Below are positions 37,935-48,483 of a DNA stretch of 64,000 nt, piece by piece; positions within the stretch are counted from its first letter, which is position 1, and each line of letters begins with the position of its first letter. The stretch is from Longimicrobiales bacterium. GTDB taxonomy: Bacteria; Gemmatimonadota; Gemmatimonadetes; Longimicrobiales; Gaopeijiaceae. The translations under genes and the position numbers were made by a program. The stretch lies in NCBI GenBank assembly GCA_965202805.1, contig OZ241869.1:2816001-2880000 (forward strand), given 5' to 3'. The notes beneath the pieces were generated by a model, which saw only the letters and a list, made by a program, of their open reading frames with translations, was not told where the DNA came from and searched no databases.

Positions 37935-38978
37935 GTGACAAGGAGGTTCGGGCTTCCGTGGATCCGGGTGGCCATCTTGACGGCCGCGGTTTCCGCATGC
38001 GAGGAGAACGGCGTGGAGCCGCCCACGCTGCGCTTCGGCCAATCCGGTCAGTTGGTCGTGGAGGTCGTGACTCCGCGATTGTCGCTCCTGTCACCGCTCC
38101 AGCCACCCGGCATGGGAGAGTTGCGCCAGACACTCACCTGGAGGTCGACCGGCGCCTGGCAGTTGGTCGAGTCGATCGCCTACCGGGGGGTGGTGGGGAG
38201 CGAGACCACCACGCGAAGTCCGGGACTCCCGGGGACGTTCGCCGCAGCCTACGCCACGCTGGTCGCTCAGATCCAGGGGGGGACCCAACTGGATCTCTTC
38301 ACCGGCGATCTCAATCCGGACCTTGGCCGGATTTGTCCCCCCGAGGATCCGGCCCGCGATACGCTGACAACCCGCGTAACGCTGCGAATTCAGGATGAGA
38401 TTCGGGGTGAGGAGAGAGGCTGGACGCGGTGTGCGAAGGGCCCGCTTGGATCACTGAATCCGGCCGGGTCCGGGTCCAGGGCCGATCCACACGCCAGTCG
38501 GGTGATCCAGGTCTCCAGGCTCGTGCACAACCGCACCCTTGGAGAATCCGCCACCAGCGTCTACAGCCGAAGCATCCCGTTCGCGACCCTCGACCAGGGG
38601 GCAAAGCCCGGTGAACGGGGACTGGTCTCCCAGGTGTTCTTCGGAGGACCCGCCGCGGGCGATGCACCGGCCGACTGGGGGGACTTCTGGGGATGGCACG
38701 CCGGTGGGGCTTCCCCTCCGGACATCGACTGGTCGGCGGACATGGTGGTGGTCGCGGCGGACGGCCCTCGCGAGGAGGCGGGGAGCGAACTGGAGATCAG
38801 GGAGATCAGTGCCATAGGCGAGGGTGCGATCATTCAGATCGTGGAGTTCGCCCCGGGTGATTTCTGTTCGCCTGCGGCGGTGGTCCAGACTCCCTTCCAC
38901 CTCGTCATCGCGCCACGGACGGGATCGGCGATCCAATTCAGGGAAGTTGTCCGCGAGCGGGTGCCCTGTGGGCTGTGA
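37935..38978 (+). CDS. Lipoprotein with PrcB-C-terminal-like domain
   Basis: Lipobox VSAC; C-terminal W..FW..H..PPDIDW..MVVVA..G..G..LEI..C..TPFHLV pattern. Confidence 0.6.
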   Translation: MTRRFGLPWIRVAILTAAVSACEENGVEPPTLRFGQSGQLVVEVVTPRLSLLSPLQPPGMGELRQTLTWRSTGAWQLVESIAYRGVVGSETTTRSPGLPGTFAAAYATLVAQIQGGTQLDLFTGDLNPDLGRICPPEDPARDTLTTRVTLRIQDEIRGEERGWTRCAKGPLGSLNPAGSGSRADPHASRVIQVSRLVHNRTLGESATSVYSRSIPFATLDQGAKPGERGLVSQVFFGGPAAGDAPADWGDFWGWHAGGASPPDIDWSADMVVVAADGPREEAGSELEIREISAIGEGAIIQIVEFAPGDFCSPAAVVQTPFHLVIAPRTGSAIQFREVVRERVPCGL

Positions 38979-39054
38979 ACCGGGGCCACCGGCCGGACGA
39001 AACCGGAGAGCGTGCTCCTGAGCCGGAGCCAAACCGCAAACGGAGATCGCGACA

Positions 39055-40560
39055 GTGCCGCTTCGACGCCTGTACGTGCTGGTCCTGGTCGCCTTCGCGG
39101 TCATCTTCACGGCGACGAGCAGCTGGATGGCCTTCTCGGTCACCGACCGGGCGCTGGAGAGCGAGCTGGACGACAAGCTCCAGGTGACCGCGGGCGTGGC
39201 GGCGGAGACCGGCCTGGACGCGGGCAACCTGCTCCTGCTCAGCCGCGGCGCCGAAGGGAATCCGTTCTGGACCGACGCCTACGAGCGCCTGCGCAGTCTG
39301 GTCGACCGCGGATATGTGGACGCCGCCTGGATCATCCGCCGCGAAAGCCCGGCCTCTCCCGGAGAAGGCACGGTGCCCGGGGGAGAAGGAACCGTCGATC
39401 GTGTGCCCTCCTATACGGCCATCGTTTCGACCGAGTCGGCCGCCTCCGTTCCGATCATCGGGAACGACGTCTTCATCTTTTCCGGCTACGACCTGAGCGG
39501 ACTCTGGGAGGACGGATCGGCAACCTCGCCCAGCTTCGAGGGCACCGACGACGGTCGCTACTACAAGTACGGTTTCGCGCGGCTGGAGGACTCCGACCTC
39601 GCCCTCGCCGTGCTGATGCGCGCGGACTACCTCGCTCCCCTGACAAGGCTGCGAAGGTCGGTCTTCATCGCTTCCGCGATCACGGTCGTGTTGTCCGTTC
39701 TCGTGGCAATCGGCCTGGCCGCCCGCATCGCCGAGCCTCTGGAGCGGCTCAGCAGGGTGGCGCTTCGCATCCAGCGGGGCCGGATCACCCGGCCGGTAGA
39801 GGTGGAGGCGGGCGTCGAGATCGGCCGCCTCTCGCGGGCGATGGAACGAATGCGGCTGGGGATCATTCAGCGGGACGAGCAGCTCCGGCTCATGCTCGCT
39901 CAGGTCGCGCACGAAATCCGGAATCCGCTGGGCGGACTGAAGCTCTTCTCGGCCATCGCGGCCGACAGCGCCGATCGCAGGGAGCGGGCCCAGCTCTTCC
40001 GCAAGATCCAGGCGGAAGTAGACGCCCTCAACAGCATCATCACGGACTTTCTGGTGTACGCCCGCCCCCGGGCGCCCCAGCCGACGCTGCACGACATACG
40101 GGCTCCGCTCAAGGAGGCGGCCGAACTGGTTGCGACGGAGCTCGAGTCGAGGGGAGGCAGCCTCAAGGTCGATCTGCCGGATGCGCAGCTGGAGGTCGTG
40201 GCCGATTCGGGGCAGGTCAAACGCATGATTCTGAACCTGTTGCGCAACGCGGCCGACGCCGGTGACCGGGTGTGGCTCAAGGGGACCTTCAGCAACGGCG
40301 AAGTCATCGTGTCCGTGCGCGACAACGGGCCGGGCGTGCCCGAATCGTTGCGGGGGCGAATCTTCCAGCCCTTCGTTACCAGCAAGGAACGGGGCGCAGG
40401 CCTGGGACTCGCGATCGTGGCCGGCGTCGCACGAGCCCACGACGGCAGGGTCGAGCTGGTCTCCGGCGACGGCGCTGCTGGGAATGGCGCCGAGTTCCGT
40501 CTATATTTGCCGGGCTCGGAGGTGTTCCCGGTTGCGCGAAGCGAAGCGAATGCCCGCTAG
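39055..40560 (+). CDS. HAMP-domain sensor histidine kinase
   Basis: Two TM helices, HAMP, AHEIRNPL, NLLRNA, DNGPG, GAGLGL. Confidence 0.93.
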   Translation: MPLRRLYVLVLVAFAVIFTATSSWMAFSVTDRALESELDDKLQVTAGVAAETGLDAGNLLLLSRGAEGNPFWTDAYERLRSLVDRGYVDAAWIIRRESPASPGEGTVPGGEGTVDRVPSYTAIVSTESAASVPIIGNDVFIFSGYDLSGLWEDGSATSPSFEGTDDGRYYKYGFARLEDSDLALAVLMRADYLAPLTRLRRSVFIASAITVVLSVLVAIGLAARIAEPLERLSRVALRIQRGRITRPVEVEAGVEIGRLSRAMERMRLGIIQRDEQLRLMLAQVAHEIRNPLGGLKLFSAIAADSADRRERAQLFRKIQAEVDALNSIITDFLVYARPRAPQPTLHDIRAPLKEAAELVATELESRGGSLKVDLPDAQLEVVADSGQVKRMILNLLRNAADAGDRVWLKGTFSNGEVIVSVRDNGPGVPESLRGRIFQPFVTSKERGAGLGLAIVAGVARAHDGRVELVSGDGAAGNGAEFRLYLPGSEVFPVARSEANAR

Positions 40561-40707
40561 CGCCCCTGCCTGGTGCCTGCCTGCCGCCCGTTCGCCCGGG
40601 GATCGAGCGGCGCGCGCATCCCGGACTGCGCGCCATCCGTGCCTCCGGGCTCCAGCCCGTGTTCGCCTTCCTTCCACCGCCCCCTGCGGGCCCGATTATC
40701 TGGTGCC

Positions 40708-42096
40708 ATGGCGCGAGTGCTGATCATCGACGATCACGATACCATCCGTGAGGGCCTCGAGTTGCTGCTGCGCAAGCACGGCCACCGGACCTATTCGGCC
40801 GAGAACGGCAGGCAGGGGCTGGATCTGCTCAGCGAGCACGGCGCCGAGCTGGTGGTCACCGACCTCAGAATGGCGGGCATGGACGGCATCGAGGTGCTCC
40901 GGCAGGTCCGGGCGCAGGCGCCGGAGACCGATGTGTTGATGATCACGGCTTTCGGCACCGTGGACAGGGCCGTGGAGGCGATGAAGCTGGGGGCGGTCGA
41001 CTTCATCACCAAACCGTTTTCTCCGGAGGAGTTCGCGGTAAAGGTGGGCCGTCTGCTGCGCGAGCGGGAGGAGCGCGACGAGCTGCGCCGCGAGAACGTG
41101 GCGCTACGGATCGAGAACACGTCGCTGAAGGAGCAGACCGAAGCCCGCTACGGGCAGATCATCGGTGAGGCTCCCGCGATGGAGCAGGTGTTCGAATGGA
41201 TCACGCGGGTGGCTCCCAGCGAGTCGACGGTCATGATCTACGGAGAATCCGGCACGGGCAAGGAGCTGGTGGCCCGGGCCATTCACGCCAGCTCAACGCG
41301 CAGGGACGGCCCCTTCGTCCGCGTGAACTGCGGAGCCCTCGCCGAGAGCCTGCTGGACTCCGAGCTGTTCGGGCACGAAAAGGGAGCGTTCACCGGCGCG
41401 GACCGGAGGCGCCGGGGGCGCTTCGAGCTCGCAGACGGCGGGACCATCTTTCTCGACGAGATCTCCACCATTTCCACCATGACGCAGGTCAGGCTCCTGC
41501 GCGTGATCCAGGAACGCGAGCTCGAGCGCGTGGGGGGAGAGAAAACGATCCCCGTGGATGTGCGCATCATCGCCGCAACCAATACCCCCGCCGACGAGCT
41601 CCTGGCCAGCGAGGAATTCCGCAAGGACCTCTTCTACCGCCTGCATGTCGTCCCGATCGTGCTGCCACCGCTGAGGAGCCGTGCCGAAGACATCCCGCTC
41701 CTTGTGGACCACTTCATCGCAAAGCTGCGCAAACGCACCAACTCCGCGGTCCGCGGGGTCGAAGGGAAGGCGATGGACAGGCTGTCCGGCTACGCGTGGC
41801 CCGGCAATGTTCGCGAGCTCGAGAACGTGATCGAACGGGCACTCCTGCTCGCGGACGGTCCCATGATCGACGCAGGCGACCTGCCTGCCATGAACGCCGG
41901 GGACCTCGTGCCCCGAACGCACGACCTGCCCGAAGGCGGAAAGAACCTGAACGACGTGATCGAGGGTATTGAGGAGAGGCTCCTGAGGCAGGCGCTCGAG
42001 CAGGCGGGAGGCGTCAAGGCGGAGGCGGCCAGGCGGCTGGGAATCAAGTCGAGCGCCTTCTACTACAAGCTCGAAAAATACGGCATCGAAGCGTAA
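40708..42096 (+). CDS. Sigma-54-dependent response regulator (NtrC family)
   Basis: Receiver domain, GESGTGKE, GAFTGA, WPGNVREL, Fis-type HTH. Confidence 0.95.
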   Translation: MARVLIIDDHDTIREGLELLLRKHGHRTYSAENGRQGLDLLSEHGAELVVTDLRMAGMDGIEVLRQVRAQAPETDVLMITAFGTVDRAVEAMKLGAVDFITKPFSPEEFAVKVGRLLREREERDELRRENVALRIENTSLKEQTEARYGQIIGEAPAMEQVFEWITRVAPSESTVMIYGESGTGKELVARAIHASSTRRDGPFVRVNCGALAESLLDSELFGHEKGAFTGADRRRRGRFELADGGTIFLDEISTISTMTQVRLLRVIQERELERVGGEKTIPVDVRIIAATNTPADELLASEEFRKDLFYRLHVVPIVLPPLRSRAEDIPLLVDHFIAKLRKRTNSAVRGVEGKAMDRLSGYAWPGNVRELENVIERALLLADGPMIDAGDLPAMNAGDLVPRTHDLPEGGKNLNDVIEGIEERLLRQALEQAGGVKAEAARRLGIKSSAFYYKLEKYGIEA

Positions 42097-42109
42097 ACCG
42101 AGGCGGGTC

Positions 42110-43003
42110 ATGACCCTATCGGCCGCACAGGGCAACGGACGGAAGCCGGCGGGCCTGCTCCGCCTGGTGGCCCTGGCCGCAGGTGTGTGCGCGGTCCTTC
42201 CCTCGGGCGCGGCATCGCAGGATGTGGAGCAATCCGCGTATCGCGCGGCGGAGAGTGCCTACACCGCCGCGCTCAGTGCCCGCGATCTTGCGCGCGACCT
42301 TCTCGACGACGCCCTCGACGAGGTGACCGAGGCGCGGCAGTCCGGCGATCAGGCACGGTACGAGCGCGCCCTGGCGATCTATCAGGAGCAGGCGCGGGAG
42401 CTGGAACAGAGGAACAGGAATCTCGATGACGCCGGGGGCCGGCTGGACGAAGCCCGGCGCACCTACCAGTTGAGCGTGCTGGACGCGCTGGACGAATTGT
42501 ACGAGGAACTGTCCCAGATCCCGGATGCGCGCGAGCGAGACCTCATTGGTCGCCGGATCGCCGTCCTGATCGACCAGGCCGACCAGCTTGAACGCCCCAT
42601 CGAGATCGACGACGATCCGTTCCCTGAAATCAATATCGAGCCCGGGGACACGCGAGACGACATTCAGGCCAAGGCGGACCTGCTGGAGCTGTATGCGAGG
42701 AGCCATGACCTGCTGTTGCTCGACATCGACGCCCAGATCGAGTTGCTCGAACAGCGGCAGCGTCATGCCCGCATGGTGCGCGACTTCGGAGCGGATCTTT
42801 CCCGCTTCGGCGACCTCCGGGTGCCCGTGGGACGACCGGATGCGACATCGGGCAACGCGGAGGACCTGATCGGCACCGAGGAGTTGTCGCAGCGCCTCGA
42901 GGAACTGCAGCAGTCCAGGGAGTTCGTGATCGAGAGACGGGACATCGCCATGGCGCGAGCGCAGGAGTTTCGCCGGCGGATCGGGGGGGAGCAGACCGCA
43001 TGA
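42110..43003 (+). CDS. Hypothetical secreted acidic coiled-coil protein
   Basis: Signal peptide ending AAS-Q; heptad-rich helices; ATGA overlap with the next gene. Confidence 0.7.
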   Translation: MTLSAAQGNGRKPAGLLRLVALAAGVCAVLPSGAASQDVEQSAYRAAESAYTAALSARDLARDLLDDALDEVTEARQSGDQARYERALAIYQEQARELEQRNRNLDDAGGRLDEARRTYQLSVLDALDELYEELSQIPDARERDLIGRRIAVLIDQADQLERPIEIDDDPFPEINIEPGDTRDDIQAKADLLELYARSHDLLLLDIDAQIELLEQRQRHARMVRDFGADLSRFGDLRVPVGRPDATSGNAEDLIGTEELSQRLEELQQSREFVIERRDIAMARAQEFRRRIGGEQTA

Positions 43004-44154
43004 GCCGCTCCATCCACGTCGCGGCGGTACTCCTGCTGATGAGTTCAGGATGGGCTACGGCGCTCTCCGCTCAGGCGCGGCTGACGGACCTGGTCTTCAG
43101 CGGAGGGTTGGCCGTCGAGCAGTATCGCGGCGGAATACCGTCCGTGACGCTTCCCGTGGTCGACAGCGTGGACGAGGCTTCGGCGGTGAGCGTCGAATTC
43201 GGGGCCCGAGCCGTCCTGAACACCAACCCCAACGGGTTCGACGGTCTAACCCTCACGGTGGATGGCGGCGTCCGGCAGTTCGACGCCTATGGCTTCAAGC
43301 TGCGCGACTATGCGCCCCGTGTCTCAAGCGGGGTCCTCGACGCCGTTTTCCGCAGAACCACGAACCACGGCGTCCTGCAGTTCAGCGGACGGGCGGGAGG
43401 CCGCGAGGTGGTTGACCGCACGCCTACTCCCCTGTTCCTGGAGCCGGGCTACGCGAACTACGAGGGGTCGGCGCTCTTCCAGACGCGGGAGATCGGGGGG
43501 ACCTACTGGGATGCGAGCATCGAGGGCGGCCGTTCCGACTACAACGCGCAGGACATCGTGCCGCAGCTCGACCTGCTCGACCGCAACAAGATCGGCTTCA
43601 GGCTGGGTGCCTCGCAGGGACGGATGTGGAACGCGGCGAGGATGACGATGCGTTTCTACGGATCGTTTACGGAGTTCCGGTATCCGAAACAGGGCACTTC
43701 CTATCCCCCCGATCCCTTCCGCCGGGACCGGGCCTACCAGCTGGGTGCGCTCTGGCAGTATGACGGGCTCGAGTCGTCGGACGGGTTCGAGTCGCCGGGC
43801 ATCACCGCGGAGGTCGGCATCCGGGGCACGATCAACAGGTCCAACGCGAGCCGGACCGAATACAATGCAGTTTCGATGGACGCCGAAGTGTCGACTCCCC
43901 TTCCCGCGGACATGAGGCTCAACGTCACGGCGGTGCTGACCGCGAAGGACTATCTGACCGAAACCGAGTTCATCCGTCTGATTCCGGGCGAAGAGGCGGA
44001 CAATGCGTCGCGGGTTTTCGTGGGTGTCAGCAAGTACCTCACCGACGCCATCAACGCCCTCCTCCAAGTCGGCTGGACCCGGGCGGAGACGGAGATCGGT
44101 GACGCCTACTTCGAGCGCTACAGCGGGCGCTTCCTGGTACACTACCGGCCCTGA
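43000..44154 (+). CDS. Hypothetical outer membrane beta-barrel protein
   Basis: Signal peptide; alternating amphipathic strands; aromatic C-terminal strand. Confidence 0.65.
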   Translation: MSRSIHVAAVLLLMSSGWATALSAQARLTDLVFSGGLAVEQYRGGIPSVTLPVVDSVDEASAVSVEFGARAVLNTNPNGFDGLTLTVDGGVRQFDAYGFKLRDYAPRVSSGVLDAVFRRTTNHGVLQFSGRAGGREVVDRTPTPLFLEPGYANYEGSALFQTREIGGTYWDASIEGGRSDYNAQDIVPQLDLLDRNKIGFRLGASQGRMWNAARMTMRFYGSFTEFRYPKQGTSYPPDPFRRDRAYQLGALWQYDGLESSDGFESPGITAEVGIRGTINRSNASRTEYNAVSMDAEVSTPLPADMRLNVTAVLTAKDYLTETEFIRLIPGEEADNASRVFVGVSKYLTDAINALLQVGWTRAETEIGDAYFERYSGRFLVHYRP

Positions 44155-44257
44155 AGGCCGCGCGGGCCCGGTCGCTGCCGCGTCCGTCGCGGGGATCTGC
44201 TCCGCCGGCCCACGGTTCGACCAACGCCACACGCCGGCCCGCCGGAGCCGGACATGA

Positions 44258-44293
44258 CGAGGCCCCGGAAGGCAGTCGCCCTCCGGGGCCTCG
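44258..44293. terminator. Hairpin between convergent transcripts
   Basis: CGAGGCCCCGGA..TCCGGGGCCTCG 12-bp stem. Confidence 0.55.
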
Positions 44294-44336
44294 CGTGAAC
44301 GGGGACACACCCCGTATCAGCCTGGAGAAACTCCAG

Positions 44337-44409
<73 letters not shown>

Positions 44410-44433
44410 AAAACCGCCCGCTGCAGGGAGCAA

Positions 44434-44462
44434 ACCGTACCGTAAGCCCGTAAGCGTGTCAA
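44434..44462 (-). promoter_or_regulatory. Sigma-70-type promoter of tRNA-Asn
   Basis: TTGACA-17 nt-TACGGT; shares CTTGACACGCTT with the tRNA-fMet promoter. Confidence 0.7.
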
Positions 44463-45007
44463 GTTGCCCGCTCGGCGGCCTCGAAGACGCCGCGCAGCGC
44501 CGGGCCGATGTCGTGCGCCAGGTCCCACATCTCCTGAAACCGCGCCCGCACGGCGTCGCCCTGCCCGCCCCTGTGAACCACGGCGAGCGCCGGACCGCGC
44601 GATGGGTAGGGAATCTGGAACCAGTGGACACCGAGGAGCAGATCGCAGCGTCCCCGCGGACCGACGAAGACGGAAAAGTTGGGCGCCCAGTCCAGGAGGG
44701 GCGCGCAGCGAACCCGGAGGCGCTCTTCGGCGAGCAGGCGCACGACCACGCGCAGGTTGTCGCCGCGTTGGGGATCCGCCAGAATCGCCTCGGCCTCGAA
44801 CTTGAGCGCCGCCGCATTGATCTCGGTGATGAGCACGCGCAGCTCTTCCACGGAGGCCAGCTCCTCGTAGGCGAGATCGATGCCGGAGAGCCGGATCCGA
44901 TCTACCGCCGCATCGATGCGGCGGGCCTCGCGGGCGAGGTCGCGGTAGACCGTACGGAGGCTCCGGCGGGAGCGGTCGTGGATCAGTTCGCTGGGCGTCA
45001 ACTGCAT
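44459..45007 (-). CDS. Hypothetical protein, possible degenerate PLD-like fold (182 aa)
   Basis: Start MQLTPSEL; alpha/beta pattern ending RFQEMW; no HKD motif. Confidence 0.55.
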   Translation of the reverse strand: MQLTPSELIHDRSRRSLRTVYRDLAREARRIDAAVDRIRLSGIDLAYEELASVEELRVLITEINAAALKFEAEAILADPQRGDNLRVVVRLLAEERLRVRCAPLLDWAPNFSVFVGPRGRCDLLLGVHWFQIPYPSRGPALAVVHRGGQGDAVRARFQEMWDLAHDIGPALRGVFEAAERAT

Positions 45008-45105
45008 GGTACAAAGCAAGCGAAGGACCCGGGGCGGCGGAATGGCGGGATGGGACGACAGCGCCGACCCGCACGGGGCGGAGGCCCCCGGGCGGGCTGC
45101 GGATG

Positions 45106-48100
45106 TCAGCCCGGCATGCCACGTCGGCGGGCTCGTTCCTGTGCCGCTTTCAGGGCCGTTATCCGGCGGTCGATGCCCAGGTCGCTTGCGGCGTCCGCCG
45201 CCGTCCGGGCAATCTCGTCCCGCTGCGGAAGCGAATGCCGCAGCCGCAGGAGCGCCTCTTCGAACTTGAGCCGCGCCCAGTTTGCGGGCTGAGACGCCTC
45301 GATTTGATCCGCGATAACGCTTACCGCGTCCGCCCCGTCTCCCGTGACGCCCCGCAACTCGCACAGGTGCGCCTGGAACAAAGCGAACACCCAGGGATCC
45401 TCGAACCAGCGCGCGGGCGGTCTGGAGATGTGGCCTGCCATCTCGCGGGCCCGCGACAGTTCTCCCATTCGAAGCGCGGTGAGGCCGACGCCCGAATGAC
45501 TGATGATGCCCAGATGGCGACCCATTCCGGGCTGCCAGAGTCGCCGGGCGCGGGCAAAGTGCGCGGCTGCCTCGCCCAGCTCCCTCTCCTCCAACTCCAG
45601 CTCCCCCAGCTTGCATTCCAGAAAAACATGCGATTCCCAGGTCCTGACGTTGGCAAGCACCTCTCCGGCCCTGACAAACCAGCTCCTGGCCTGGTCGAGA
45701 TGCCCGACCGCGCGGTATCCGCCACCTGCGCTGACGAGCAGGTTGTAGTGTTCCACGAAATCGTCAAGGTCCCTGGCAAGCGACTCCGCCTCTTCCACGG
45801 CCGACGAGGTCTCCGGGTCGGTCATGAGCCCCCTTGCGCCCTGAATCGCGACGAGGCATGCCAGAGCCCGCAGGAGTTCATCCGGCGAGCGGTTCCGGCG
45901 AGCGATGGCGATCGCTTCGCGCGCGTGGCCGAGACCCTCGCCGAAGTCGCCTTGATGATGGAGCGCAAGGCTGGCATGAATGGCACCGCGCGACTCTGGT
46001 TCGACCTGATCCAGCAGCTTGCGCGCGTGCGCGGCCAGCGCGTCCGCCTCAAGGCCCTCTCCTTCCCTCCTGTGGATGTGGAGCTCCAGGTCGATGGCCC
46101 TGGCGGCCGCCTTCCAGTGCTTCGCCAGCTCGGCGGTGTGTCCGAGTTCGCGGATGAAGGCCAGGGCCTCCTGCGGAGAACAGGCGCCGCTGCTTGCGAG
46201 GAGATCGACGCGCTGGATGTCCGCGACAAGCGCGCTCTGGTGGCGATGGACCTTGCGAAGCTCATGCGCTGCCTCGGCCAACCGCTCCGGGCCGTCCTCG
46301 ATGTCCCGGCGCACGTAGTGAAGGCGAGCAAGGCGTTCAGCCACCCGGGCGTGAGTCCGGGGATCGTGAGTGTATCGCCGGGCGAGCGCGAAGAGCCTCG
46401 TCGCCTCCGCGAGGGCACCGGACTTCTCGGCGGCACTGGCTCCGGCCAGCACGTACCGCAGAGCCTTGATCGGAATCCCGGCATGAAGGTAGTGAATCGC
46501 CAGTTCGGCGGGAGTTGCCGAGGTGTTCGCGTCATCAAGATGACTTGCCACGCGACCGTGGACCCAGGTCCGGCGCGGGACGCTCATGCGATCGTAGACC
46601 GCATGACGGATCAGTTCGTAGCGCACGGCAAACCCGCTCGCAGCCCTCCTGACCAGCCGGGACTGCTGCAGGATGTCAAGTGCGTCCACACACGAATCGC
46701 GTGATCGGTCGCTCAGTTTCGACAGGGTTCCGACGCCGAGGGGACGCCCCATGACACTGAGAAGCTGGAGTGTACGCTCAGTATCATCATCCAGTTCCGC
46801 CAGGCGCCCCGAAAAGACATCCGATATGGATTGGGGGACGGACACGAAGTCGTCCGGATCCAGGTTCGGCAGGCGCGACCCCGCCAGGCTCAGTTTTGAG
46901 AGCTTCAGGAGGAACAGCGGGTTCTGATCGCTCAACTCGACGATCCGGTCCCGTTCTCCCTCCTCGATGCGACCTTCCGCAACGGTGTCCACCAGCTCTG
47001 CGGCCGCACCCCGGGTGAGTTCATCGAGGGTAAACTCGGCGACCTTGCACTCGAGGAGCGAATCACCGAGCAGCCGAATGAACGGATCCTTCTCGCGGAC
47101 GCCCTCCGTCCCGATTGCGAGCGTGACCGCCAGCCGCGGCGAGGGCCACCGCTGGACCAGGTAAAGGAGAACCTCGGCGAACTCCTCGTCCACCCGGTGG
47201 CAATCGTCAATGACGAAGATAATGGGCTCATTCCCGGCCACCGCGACAAGCGCCTGACGGATGATGTCAACATATCGCTGGTGGCCCTGGTCGGGTTCGA
47301 CCGCGGGCGGCTCGAAGGGGAGTGCGGTCCCCGCATGCGGCTCCGCAAGGAGGTCCAGCATCGTCGCGTGCCACGGTGCCGTGAGCCCGCTCAAGTCAGA
47401 GTCGGCGTTCGAGGATGCCAGGGTACCGAGAACCGAGTTGAGGAAGGCGCGCCGTTCGGTCTTCGAGGTCGGGTAGCGCAACACCGGGATACCGTTCAGG
47501 AGGTCGGTGGCCAGGGATTCCTCCAGAAGCCGGGTCTTGCCGGTGCCCCGCTCTCCCCGGATGACAACCAGGCGCAACCCGTCTCCGGGCCGGGGGAGCA
47601 TCGCGGTCGAGAGTTCGTCGAGCTCGTCGGAGCGCCCGATCAGTGGAGACCTGTCCAGCGCTTGTGCGGCGAACTTCGTGCTGACTCCAAAAGGCAGGTC
47701 GCGTATTTCGTCGACCAGCGACAGCGTCTCGGCTTGCGGGACCCAGTCCCGTTTATCCGATTCGGAACGCTCCACGAAACTGTCGAAGACTGCCTTGGCC
47801 TCGCCTACCCTTCCGGCCATCGCCTCCGCGCGCATCAACATGCGAAGAGCCCCTTCGTCATAGACGTTCAACGCAAGAAGAACCCGAGCCGCTTCGACAG
47901 CCTGCGTCCATCGGCTCCGGTCCATCAGGCGGGTCCATTTCCCGGCGGCATCCCGTCGGACCCGGTCTCGCAGCTTGAGCTTCGTCCTGTCCAGCCATTC
48001 CAGGAATGCCTCAGAAGGAGGTTCGGCCAGCTGCGAGAGAAAACCGCGGCTCAATAATGCCTCGGCTTCCATCAACCGACCATTCAGCATCGCCGCCTCG

Positions 48101-48453
48101 AACTGCTGGTAATCCGTCACGACCGTTCTGCTCAGGTAGAGACGGTGACGGTGCCTCACGACCACTTTCTCGGGGAGCTCCCGGTTAAGGGCATAGATCA
48201 GCTGACTGATCCGGTGTCTCAACCGACTGGAAGGCCCAGGCTTCCAGAGCAAGTCGATGACGTGTGCCGTCGACAGGCCGTCATCCGGTTCGGTCGCGAG
48301 CAAGCCGAGCAGGGCCGCTCTCAGAGGAGACAACGCAAAGGTTGAGGTGCGGGCCATCAACGCGGGACCGCCGAAGGTCATGAGCCGAAGTGTTGGGCGG
48401 GTATTATCCTGGTGGGCTTCCGTGCTTCCCGTCCCGAAAGGCCAATCTGACAT
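45106..48453 (-). CDS. SARP/BTAD + AAA (STAND) ATPase + TPR transcriptional regulator
   Basis: N-terminal wHTH (LRLMTFG, LLWK), BTAD (YDE..LM..G), LIGRSDEL, GERGTGKT, IDDCH, QNPLF, TPR-like tail. Confidence 0.85.
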   Translation of the reverse strand: MSDWPFGTGSTEAHQDNTRPTLRLMTFGGPALMARTSTFALSPLRAALLGLLATEPDDGLSTAHVIDLLWKPGPSSRLRHRISQLIYALNRELPEKVVVRHRHRLYLSRTVVTDYQQFEAAMLNGRLMEAEALLSRGFLSQLAEPPSEAFLEWLDRTKLKLRDRVRRDAAGKWTRLMDRSRWTQAVEAARVLLALNVYDEGALRMLMRAEAMAGRVGEAKAVFDSFVERSESDKRDWVPQAETLSLVDEIRDLPFGVSTKFAAQALDRSPLIGRSDELDELSTAMLPRPGDGLRLVVIRGERGTGKTRLLEESLATDLLNGIPVLRYPTSKTERRAFLNSVLGTLASSNADSDLSGLTAPWHATMLDLLAEPHAGTALPFEPPAVEPDQGHQRYVDIIRQALVAVAGNEPIIFVIDDCHRVDEEFAEVLLYLVQRWPSPRLAVTLAIGTEGVREKDPFIRLLGDSLLECKVAEFTLDELTRGAAAELVDTVAEGRIEEGERDRIVELSDQNPLFLLKLSKLSLAGSRLPNLDPDDFVSVPQSISDVFSGRLAELDDDTERTLQLLSVMGRPLGVGTLSKLSDRSRDSCVDALDILQQSRLVRRAASGFAVRYELIRHAVYDRMSVPRRTWVHGRVASHLDDANTSATPAELAIHYLHAGIPIKALRYVLAGASAAEKSGALAEATRLFALARRYTHDPRTHARVAERLARLHYVRRDIEDGPERLAEAAHELRKVHRHQSALVADIQRVDLLASSGACSPQEALAFIRELGHTAELAKHWKAAARAIDLELHIHRREGEGLEADALAAHARKLLDQVEPESRGAIHASLALHHQGDFGEGLGHAREAIAIARRNRSPDELLRALACLVAIQGARGLMTDPETSSAVEEAESLARDLDDFVEHYNLLVSAGGGYRAVGHLDQARSWFVRAGEVLANVRTWESHVFLECKLGELELEERELGEAAAHFARARRLWQPGMGRHLGIISHSGVGLTALRMGELSRAREMAGHISRPPARWFEDPWVFALFQAHLCELRGVTGDGADAVSVIADQIEASQPANWARLKFEEALLRLRHSLPQRDEIARTAADAASDLGIDRRITALKAAQERARRRGMPG

Positions 48454-48483
48454 CTCTCACTGTTGCTGGAGTCACTTGGAGGT

